This document shows, piece after piece, positions 27,801-39,800 of a stretch of DNA of 64,000 bases. Positions within the stretch are counted from its first letter, which is position 1. Each line of letters starts with the position of its first letter. Made by a program: the position numbers and the translations under genes. Source of the stretch: Antedon mediterranea (Eukaryota > Animalia > Echinodermata); NCBI RefSeq assembly GCF_964355755.1, contig NC_092670.1:34894388-34958387 (forward strand). The letters run 5' to 3'. A model generated the notes under the pieces. It ran no database searches and was not told the origin of the DNA. It worked only from the letters and a program-made list of their open reading frames with translations.

Positions 27801-30800
27801 ATTTAATGTTTAGCCATACCCTATTTCTATTCTTCTAAAAAATATACAAATTTGCTATTTCGTCTTCATAACGTAGACATTACTATGTAATTATATATAT
27901 TTGTAATTTGATTTTGTTGAATTTGTTTGCATACTAATTCACATGTTAATCAACTACGATTTAATAACCTCTAGGTCAGAGGAACAGATTCTAAATAATA
28001 ATTTGCATAAAATGCTTATTTTGCATATTTATTTGAATACTCACCTCTACAGTCTCCGTTGTAAGATTTTGTTAGCTGCGTTTGGTATTTCTGAGCCTCG
28101 CATCTTCGCTCGTTATCAAGTTCACATTCATTTGTGTACGTGACGCAGTCGGTACCACATACAGGTTTAGGAGTTGGAGCACATAATGTTTTACATCCTA
28201 AGTACATAGAATAACATTGAACGTAATTGGCAATCAACCAAATAATGATAAAAGCTAAATCTGACTCTCGTCACATTATGAGACATAATATAGTATTAGC
28301 TAAGACATTTTTGAGAATGAGCAAATTCCCGGTTTGGGGAATGAGTAAATTCCCGGTTTGGGGAATGAGTGAACAAAATCCCGATGGACTCTTTGAGGAA
28401 TGAGCAAAATCCCGATGGACTCTTTGAGGAATGAGCAAAATCCCGATGGATTCATTGAGGAATGAGCAAAATCCCGATGGACTCTTTGAGGAATGAGCAA
28501 AATCCCGATGGACTCTTTGAGGAATGAGCAAAATCCCGATGGACTCTTTGAGGAATGAGCAAAATCCCGATGGACTCTTTGAGGAATGAGCAAAATACCG
28601 ATGGATTCTTTGAGGAATGAGCAAAATCCCGATGGACTCTTTGAGGAATGAGCAAAATCCCGATGGACTCTTTGAGGAATGAGCAAAATCCCGATGGACT
28701 CTTTGAGGAATGAGCAAAATACCGATGGATTCTTTGAGGAATGAGCAAAATCCCGATGGATTCTTTGAGGAATGAGCAAAATCCCGATGGACTCTTTGAG
28801 GAATGAGCAAAATACCGATGGATTCTTTGAGGAATGAGCAAAATCCCAATGGACTCTTTGAGGAATGAGCGAAATCCCGATGGACTCTCTGAGGAATGAG
28901 TAAAATCCCGATAAGTTTTTGAATGAGAAATATCCTAGTAGGCAGTTTGGGAATGAGCACTATCCGGCAGATTATTTGAGAATGCGACAATTCCCGGTAA
29001 ACTCACCTACACTTTTACATGGTTTATCATCAATAGCTTTCAACCAGGGCTTGTTGCACACTGTTCTCTGAAGCTGGCATTCGGATATATAGGTAAACAT
29101 ATCAGATCCACATACGGGCGAATAGATCATAGAACACACTTTATCACAAGGAGCTGTATAACATAATAATAGGTTTAAATATCATTAGGCCTACTTCAAT
29201 TGATTACACAATGTGTGATGATAATAAAAGACAAAGATGAAGATAATGATTATGACGTCATTTATAGGCCTACTGATGATGGAATGATAACCATGTTTAC
29301 GAAAAACAAGAGGAAGAAGATAACGATAATGATGGTTTTATGAATATCCTGGTGATGCACTATGCAGACAAAATGAAAAAAGAGGATGATGAAAATAATG
29401 AATAACGGTCATAATTGACAATTTCGAAAGATAATTTATATAGGTTTTTTTTTTCAACGATTGATTATTATAGCATATTCTTCAAAATTCAATTTCAAGA
29501 AGGAAGACAGCAAATGGAGTCTGTTTGTCTGACAGTTCAATACAACTGATTTACAGTCAATAATTCTCTCAATATTTTATGAATAAAGAAACCGATCATG
29601 ATTGAATAGACTTTGGTATGGGGCGCCAAAGCGTAAACAAATTAATAAAAGACGTCTTTTTATGGCATGTACATCTTCAGCAAAAACACCATAATGAGAA
29701 AATAGTTGAAGCGTTACTTTGTGTTAGCAATTAAAGATACAATAATGTAGTATTATTAATAATATATTATCTTACGGCGCCTTGTACTTAAGTACATCTG
29801 TTTTTCTCTGTAACGCCCTGTCCTACTTTAGTTTGATGGGTCAGGGAAACTCGCTCTCAGGTGAAAACAAGTCTGAGTGAAAGGGTGTTCAAAAATAAAA
29901 GACAGACCACCATTTGGTCAGAGTATCACGTGAACAAAGTTGTAGTAAACTGAAGTGGATTAAAAACTGTTACATTACTATATTAACTTATTAACTATAT
30001 TATATAGTGTAACTATACCAAAATTACATTATAAAGAATATAACACAGAGAACTAGAAATGAAGGATCATGTTAGGATACAATTATTTTTAATTACGTTA
30101 GACCATGACCTAATTAAAAATCAAATAAGCCAAATGTAAAAATGTGAACATTCTTTAGAATGCTGTGAATACGATTTCGTGTATTGTATAGTAGGCCTAT
30201 ATCTCAGAATCAATAGTTTATTGCACTACAGCTAACTAACTTTAAAAACATGAAATAATAATCATGTTCTTTTTCCAAGAAAGTATGAGACGCCATGAAG
30301 GGCGGTAGACGCATTAATTAATTGTCTTGTTCATCCATTAAACATTAGACTACTAACACCATCCATTCACAATTATGTGTGTGAAAAGAGTAGACAATGT
30401 TTTTTCAATTTGCAGATATCAAGAGAATACATGTATGACACGCCATGGAGCGTGCACTATGAAACGCTTTCCAATGTATTGATTATCATTATTTTTCAGT
30501 CTAAAAACATTAACACTAACACCTCTGGGTAAATCAGTGTGAATATCGTAGACATTCTACCCATCATTAATTCAGTATAAGTATCTTTGTATTCATAAAT
30601 TTAATCTGAAAAGTCTATGAATATTATTTCTAAATTTAAAATTTGAGCATTTCATTACATCAACACATTCAAAATCGATATTAAGCAAGCTGTGACGTCA
30701 TAGAATTATAAATTGTTGTAAAAATAATGAATGCATTTTATTGACTACAGAAAATCACTGTTCTTAGGAATATACAGTAATATATTATTGTAAATTGTAT

Positions 30801-33800
30801 ATATGGTAAGTGCTTGGCTACCTGTATTGTTGATCATGTATAGTGTTGTGTGTATGAAAAATTAACTTTAGTGCAGTGTAATAAAACTCGATTAATAAGT
30901 AAAAACAATTAGGATTGGATCAAGATTCGAAAGCGCTTACAATAAATGATAAATGATTTGTGTACCATAAAATATACGCGCACTTACATGGTACGCGCGC
31001 GTCCACATGGATGTGTCTTATACGCGCACTTACATGGTACGCGCGCGTCTACGTGGATGTATTACTGACATATAACATCCAAAATCGTGTTAACTATTTA
31101 CTTACACAAATCACAAGTTCGTCCACTGTATCCGGCTTGACATTCACAAACGAACGTGTCTTCCTTTGTTAAGCCTACTGTACATTTCCCAGAATTTTTA
31201 CAAGGATTTGGTGAACAAGGGTCTGTGTCTGTAAGGCAAAATAAAAGAGTAGTAGTTTAACTTCTCACATAACTAAGCCTACCTATCAAACCAAGTTTTC
31301 AAATCCAAATATTTGACAATATCAATTTTGCCTAAGTTTGGTAGGCCCTATAATGATTAAAATATATACAGATTTATTATAGATAAATTGCCATTTTGTA
31401 TTATTATTTATTGTATTATTTAATTAATATATCTGTTCAAAATAAATTATCAATTTATAGACAGTCATGAGCAAATGTAATTAACACGTCTATGAACGAG
31501 CTAAAATTGTATTTAGAAGAGGAAACAAGATCCTAAAATACCAGAAAAATTAAGGAAATAAGTATTATGGAAATTAGAATTAAGGAAATTGGAAAATATG
31601 AAAGTAGATTTGAAGACAAATCTCAAATTAGGAAAGGGAATGACAAAATCAGAAGTTAGACTTTGAAGGGTACTAGCTAATAAAACGGGGACGTTTGAGG
31701 AAAAGAGCAATCATGAGGGTAGATTAAAGAGGTCTTGAAAACGGAACTTGGAGTTTTTTTTTTTGCTGTCATTGCTGTACTAGTGTTGAAGGAGGAAAGA
31801 CAGCTTATATACCGTAACAGCCGAATGGATATAAATAAGTCTTTAAATGTTGTATATAGAGCCAAATGGGGCAATGTTTTATGTTGTGTAAGATGACGTG
31901 TTTTTTCATAATGCAAACATTCAACTTCGTCCTTCGGATGAGAAATTAGGCGTTGGTTCGTCTATATACATAAACTATATGAGTAGAAACTTTAGTGTGG
32001 CTGCCTTGTGCAGTGCAGCACTGTAAATATATATCATTACATAAACATGGCATTAACATACCGTTGTTCATATATTCGTTGAATGAATTGAATAAGGAGA
32101 TATAAATATAAATATCTTCTTTAGATCGTACATCCGGTTTATTTGATTTTAATTTATTCTAGGCCTACAATGTAAAATTTGGTTGTTAATTCATCTTTTA
32201 TAGCCTCCTTAGCTCCTTCGACTCGGCCTCACAAGAGAGATCGAACGTCTTCTTTGCCTAGGGATAAACCTGACTGAATATACAGATGATACAAAAGTAG
32301 AAAGCCAAAGGTTAGCTTAATACGAATTAATCATTTCCATTTTAATATAAATGTCTACATAAGAAAATTAACCTACTCATCATGGCTTACCCTGTCTGTG
32401 TAAATGTTACATTTCGAACGTAACTAGAATAAGTAACGACAAGGTTGAACTATGTTTGTCAATTATATATTTATCTTTAATTATTAAAACAAGACCCCTG
32501 TGAGAATCAATGGTTTAATCCATTTAGATTTAAGGTTATCTTTAAATTATATTCTATTTCGATTATTTTAAACTCTATTAGATTCTTGAATAATTACACA
32601 TCATTAATAGTAATGGTGACACCAGCAAAACTTGATAATTCGATAGTAACGAAGTGGTGCAAAATTTACGGTAAAATGTTCCAATCGGCGTCGCATATTC
32701 AAAAATATTTTACTGTTAAGAAACACGACAATTTTCTTACCTATTTCACACATAACTCCAGCATAACCTGGTGCACATTTACACATATACATGTCTCCGT
32801 AGCTGATACACGTTCCGCCATGTTTACATCGAGATACATTGCATATATCTGGTACTAAAATAAATCAGTGTAATAATAATAATAATATTAGTAAACAATA
32901 TTAATCTAAAAATATTACCATCGTTGTTAAAAAATCTCAACTAAAAATAAAGTATTATGATTATTCAAGAAGGTAACGCAAAATATAAATATCAAAGGCG
33001 TTGTTCTTTATGGCGTTCCATACCTGGTATTACCGTGATAAAACAATGTGTGAGTATATATGTGTTATATAGTTTAGTTATAATGACTGACTGTAATAGC
33101 ACTGGAGTATGATCTAACATGCAAACCATATATAAGGTACAAAATGGAAACATTGATGATGAAAGTCAAATCAACTCTATGGCGTTCCATACCTGGTCGC
33201 ACAGTGATGATGCGACAATGCTGCGAGCAATGGGTTGCAAATCTTTAAATGATGTTATTAAAACGAAATACCCCACATAAGTATCATTGAGTATGATCTA
33301 ATATAACGAAAGAGGTACAAAATGGAAACATTGCTGATGGAAATCAAATATACATAAAAATGTTTTGTCTCCATGACGTTCCATACTTGGTCACACAGTG
33401 CAACTGTTTTAGTGATGTTATCAAAAAAAACTACAGTACCCCACTGGTGTATGTTAAAGCGTGGTTCCCACTAGCGACGCAACGCAATGACGTAACGCAA
33501 CGCAAGTGAATTGACCAATCACAAGCGATGGCTTATTCGCTTGTGATTGCTAACTGTCTATAACTTCGCTTGTCATTGGTTAAAACGCTTGCGTTGCGTT
33601 TACGTCCTTGCGTTACGTTCTAGTGGGAACCACGCTTTAGAGTTACAAAATGGAAACATTGCTGATTAAAGGTAACGCCACCTCCTGGTCACACAGTGAT
33701 GATGCGACAGCACTGCAAGCAATGTGTTGCAAATGTTTTAGTAATGTTATTGAAAAAAAAATATCCCATATAAGGATCTAACATAACCAAAGATTTAGAA

Positions 33801-36800
33801 AATGGAAACGTTGCTGATGAAAAACACAACATAACACAACATAGATTAAAAACTAGTGCTTATTTAGTTAGTTATCACGTCAATCAGATTAGTAATAATG
33901 TACTTTCAATCGAATGTAATGTGCAGATATGCGTAGAGTTACAACAACAATCATGTTATCTGTAAAGTACTTAGTTCGTTGAGCAAGACACATTAATGGA
34001 TGTATAGGCTTGACAAGCGTGGACAGTTACACATTAAGCCTAATATTAAACATTAATGATATTCGCCATGCCTTGTTATATCAACTGCATAATCAGTAGT
34101 GAGTTATATAATATTTCATATTCATATCAATAATGTGTATGAATAAAGCATAATTTGAAAATGAAAAACAACTGGCTCCATCGGCTATCTACTATAGACA
34201 CTCGCCGATGATCAAACAGCAACAATTTGGATTGCTTATCAAGTTTTCCCTGTCATTTCATATTCACGTTTGAATTGAATCGATTTCTTTGACGGTGATT
34301 GTGTTATCATTTTGGCGAGATTTCATTTTGATAGAATTATTTTATTCTACATTGTAGGTTATATACGAAATCAAAGTCATTTATGATGTATTATCAGAAA
34401 CATAGTACAATCTAACTAGTTTAAAATATAAAAACAAAAGCAAATCTCAGTTCTCTGGTCGTTGAATGGAATGACTTGTACGCACAATGCACGTGACGTG
34501 ACATGTAACATATTATATGCACATATTTCTTCTTTTCATTCTAGAGCTCTGTCTACACTATCAAACCAATTTGACAAAAAAAGTCTGATGTGCCCAAATA
34601 TGGTAGTGATATTGCCAAATATGGTAGTGATGTGACATCATCATGCCCATATATGGGCACATCACATTTTTTGTCACATAAAGTTTGATAGTGTAGACAG
34701 AGCTTTATTTCATCGCGTATTGACAAACATATTTATTATCTTAATTTGATCGTACCAGTATTTTATTTCTCTAAAATCGGTTTTCATTACTTCTATTAAT
34801 ATTTATAATAATCAGCATCATTAATATTTATGATTATGTTTTTCGATTATTTAAACATTCAAAATGTTAACCCCCAAAAAATATTAGGTTGCTTATCGGT
34901 CTTTTGTGGCAATATTTGCGCTATTGACGTACCATACGAGTAAAACAAAACTATACGTGATAAATGAAAATGTGATATCGCTTCATCTGAAAATAAATGC
35001 AGGGTTGTTAGACATTGTTAGCGTGCTTTTGAAAGAGAATGTCTATCAAACTGACCTGTTTCTTCTATGTTATCTGAAACATTAAAATAAGAGAAAGCGG
35101 TAATAAACAGTGGATTTTAATACACATTTGTTGTATATATTACTATACTGAGCATAAACAGTAGATATTATACTGCTGTTGGTTGTTGTACGTAACAAAA
35201 AGCATAAATGACGAAACCAGATCCCTGCGGGTACCGAAATTTGTCACCTTTGTATTCTTAATGGTAATTTGCATAATATCAGGTATATGTTCACTACCTG
35301 TAACTTTATTAAAGATGAATACTATAATTGAAAATAAGTATAACAATCATTATCTCAAATCAGGCAAACATCAAAGTTTCCAATTGGAACAATTGGACAT
35401 TTTAAAGACAAACGCCTTTTTTCTGTTTAGGTTTTCCATGATAGGGATCACACATTATTTTTAGAAATAACATAGTTGTCTAAATAATGCTGTTCTCCAT
35501 GGAAAGCTGTATGTTTTATAGGATCATGTTTAGTACGTTGAAAGCAGTCATGTGACCAAACGTGGTATTACAAAATCGATACGGTATATTTAAAATAAAT
35601 TTAATCTCATCATAATTAATTGCTCTTCAAAAAAAAAACTACATATGCACGCGATTCAATAATAACCATTTAATAATCGATAAGTCTAAATTATTATTTA
35701 CTACAAAACTAGACAATAAAAATATTGCAGCTGAGTGTGACACGAAACAAAACGTAATAATAATTGTAGGAGACTACAATAATAAAATAATGAATATTAA
35801 TAGATTGATTTATATAATTCAGATAAACTAGGTCTCACGCTATGTGTACAAGATTTACACTTTAGAATAAAATGCTTCTCCCTGATGGACACGTCATGTC
35901 CTAGACTGGTCCCCAAAATGTTGTTGCCCACAGTGTACTAGTAGATTGTTATCTGCAGTGCAAGTATTATATAAGTCGAAATGCCGTCTAGAACCAGACT
36001 ATAGTCATGTCCATGCAACAGCAGCAGCAGCCGTAAAAGGACTAAGTCATCAGTCAAACGCAATGGGACTGTGGGACTCGGTGTAACCCCTTCGTCGTCA
36101 CGAAAAATGTATGCTAGATTTTTTTAGCACAATTGTGTATACACTAGATATACGTTTCTTATCTAAAAGTTCTTTACAGTAATAACAAATAAGCGAGTCA
36201 GCTAGTTGCGACCAAACCATGTAAACTGGTTTCTTTCAACCCGAAAAGAACCGAGAGTCAACCGAGAGCCAACTGCGATTAAACTCAGCCAGTCAGCCAG
36301 TTGCGACCAAACTATTTACACTGATTTCTTCTAACCCGAAAAGAACCGATAGTCAACCGAGAGTGAACTGAGAGTCAACTGCGATTGAACTCAGCCAGTC
36401 AGCCAGTTGCGACCAAGCTACGTACACTGGTTTCTTCTAACCCGAAAAGAACCGAGAGTGACACGAGAGTCAACTGCGATTGAACTCAGCCGTCTAAGTT
36501 AGTAATATTATTAAAATCTAAACAATTAAATTATTAAGATTGCACGAAAGAAAACAATAAAAAAAAATTCCCAGCTAAATAATATTATGTTGCATTTCTA
36601 TTAGACGATTTAAAAAAAAAAAAAATTGATTTTTCATTAAATTTCTATAATTAGGTTTATGGAATACCGAACTATTTAAACCATAACAATTAAAATATTT
36701 GGTATTGCACGAAAGCGAAAGCGTGGTTATACAAATCTTGTTGAAATAACAAAAACAATAAACGATCATAAAGCTATTATTGAATCGTATAACCTTTTTT

Positions 36801-39800
36801 TTCTTTTTCAAATCAAATTGATTTTTCTTTAAAATTAATTATTTAGGTTTATTTTATTACGTGACACATGCTTTTATGATTCTCTGTTATCTTAATGTAC
36901 ATAAAGCCTGGTTCCCACTAGAACGCAACGCAGCGACGTATCGACGCCAAGTGCTGTATTGCGTAATCACAGGTGGGAACCGACGAAACAATAGTGGTGT
37001 AAACATCGCAGGTTTGATTTCACGCAGGCGGGGGAAAACACAATTATTGGAGAGCATTTGCTTATGTTGCGTAGGTCGCGTTGCGTTACGTCACAAGTGG
37101 TGTTTTTTTTTCAGGTCAGGTCGTCCTATAATAACTGACAAAACACAAAAGAACAAAACTATCGATTTTCGCATATCGCTTCTTAATTCTCCATTTTATC
37201 TAGTACGCCAATAGTTGACATACATAAGAGGATAATTGCATGATTTACATACAAAATGAAACCACCGTCGATACACGTTTATTTAAAATAATTTTATATC
37301 AAGAATTTTGAATTATGAGAAATTAATGATAAATTGAAATAGATCATGTCAAAATTATGTTACTGCTGTTACTGCAGTATCTAGGCTACGTTTTCTTTAC
37401 GGAAATACAATGTGATTTTAGTTTAAGTTTATGAGGAGGCATGTTACTGCAATTAACAATGTGTATGATTATTCAGAAAAGGCTTGCTAACATACAGTAA
37501 TTGCATAAAAAGGGTAAAATGTAGTTACTGCAGTAACTGCAGTAGAATAGATAGAATAATCTATAAAGCTTGGTTCCCACTAGCGACGCAACGTAGCGCA
37601 ACCTACGCAACGCAAGAAAATGCCCTTCCAATAATTGCCCCGACTGCGTGAAATCAAACCTGCGATGTTTGCAGCACTGTTGCGTCGTCGGTTCCCACTT
37701 GTGATTACGCAAAACAGCACTTTAAAGCGTGGTTCCCACTAGCGACGCAACACAAGGACGTAACGCAACGCAAGTAAATTGACCAATCACAAGCGATGGC
37801 TTATTCGCTTGTGATTGCTAACTGTCTATAACTTCGCTTGTCATTGGTTAAAACGCTTGCGTTGCGTTTACGTCCTTGCGTTACGTTCTAGTGGGAACCA
37901 AGCTTTTGCGTCAATACGTCGTAGCGTTGCGTTACGTTGCGTCGCTAGTGGGAACCACGCTTAACTAAATGGAAGAAATTAGAGCACGTGTACTGGTTAT
38001 GTCACATATCATTGCATTACATTTTAATGGCCATGCAGTTATTAACGTTTAGATAACAACATCCATATACACAATGTGTGAAATATATATTACAGTTTGG
38101 ATGAACAAACCCATTATACTCATTAGTACTATATTCATTATTTCAACGAAATGTGACATTAAATTTATTCGATTTCTCTTACTTCAGCCTATTTAATGAA
38201 CTGTATCGTTATACAGTATCTAGGAAAGTTCCACGAAACAGTGTCTATGATTATTACAGATTAAAACTAGAAGTACAATTCCATGTGGCTACTGGCACTG
38301 TATTTACGAAATATGTTTTATAACGTACTATATGACGATAGGACAACGAATACAAAGTAATTTATTTACAACAACGGTGGTCTGAATTAATATCCATTCC
38401 AATGAACAATGGATTTCCAGCTTGCTACGTATTTATATCGTTATTCGTTATTTTATAATAATTACGCATAACGAAAAAACTAGCGCCATCACAACAAATT
38501 CTTGAAAATCAAGTTTAACTAAATACACTAGAATTGGCTACTCAGTGATCAGAACGAGGATCGAACCAGGTACTTGTGATTTAACTAGAAACCATTTTAT
38601 ATCGCTCCATGTGTTTAACAATCAACACGTCACTGATACGTTGAGTTGGATACAGACTACATGTTTAGAATGTGTTTAGAACCTAAACGTTTAAGGCTAA
38701 ATGTGTGAAAAAAGTTGGTACAAAATACATGTTTTTAAACACTATTTTTACTATTGTCACATGTAGAACATTTACTTGAGGCCCGGGGTTAGTCATTAAT
38801 TCACGGATATGTTTTGTATGATTGACGAATCACTTTATAAATATTTAGAGCCAAATCATTGTGTCAAATTTTAACAGCTGGATGACTTACTGCCGATTAA
38901 CAATGAGTTGCCCAGGGTTAGAAAGACCATAACTTAGACGGGGTTCCTAAACGTGACAAACCGCAGCGTTTCTGTCTTTACCACCTTTGATGACGTTCCC
39001 CTTCACTCTTCAAATGGCAAATTGTTCTAATTTAAAGTTTCATAAAAATATGTACTTTCTTGCAAAAGGTAATAACAATTAGAATATCAATTGGATAAAA
39101 TAATCTCTGCCGATTTTTTTTTTCCGTGGGCCATATTTTAGGAATTTGGACGGCATCCATTGTCTTAATATAACGTAGGTCTATAATCATTGTAGTCCCT
39201 GAGGGTTGAATGATGGCAAACTTGGACAGGGGAATTTTTACGTGACAGGCCGCAAGGTCATCTGTACGTTGTTTTCAACTTTCACTCTTACTTATGAAGA
39301 ACCACGACCATTGTATATACTTTTTAAAACAAGACATATATTTTTTACAAAAAACGCCGCTTATCCCACAATAAATACCGTCTACATGCATCTCAATATT
39401 TATCAGGAAATGTTTCCATAGACCCTCCTTTCCCAGTCGTGATTTAGGGTGTGCGCATGCCCAGTCCGAGTTTCCAAATACCCATTCTTTCAGCCGTAGA
39501 AAACATACCGCATCGTAACTGTTTCCTAATGCTTTCGTTCTCTTGAATAAAACTGCCTAAAGGAGCGGCGCGAAAAAATATGTATGCAAAGTTTTAGTTA
39601 TTTGGAAATTGCGCAGAATATAAATTAAAGCACAATATTATTCTTTGATATAAGTACTTTATTTAAACACAGGAGACAATTTAAAACCTGTAGTACTAGG
39701 TCAGCTTTAATCTTCTTACAGAAAAAAAAGTTGTATGATTATAAATTCATGTAATTTCACCTTGATAACAGTAAAAAATGGTTAAGATGGGCGAATCCGA

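Noticed and set aside
28271-28990. Three overlapping minus-strand ORFs (129-239 aa)
   Set aside because: A 31-bp repeat lacking stops on that strand, cycling through frames inside an intron.
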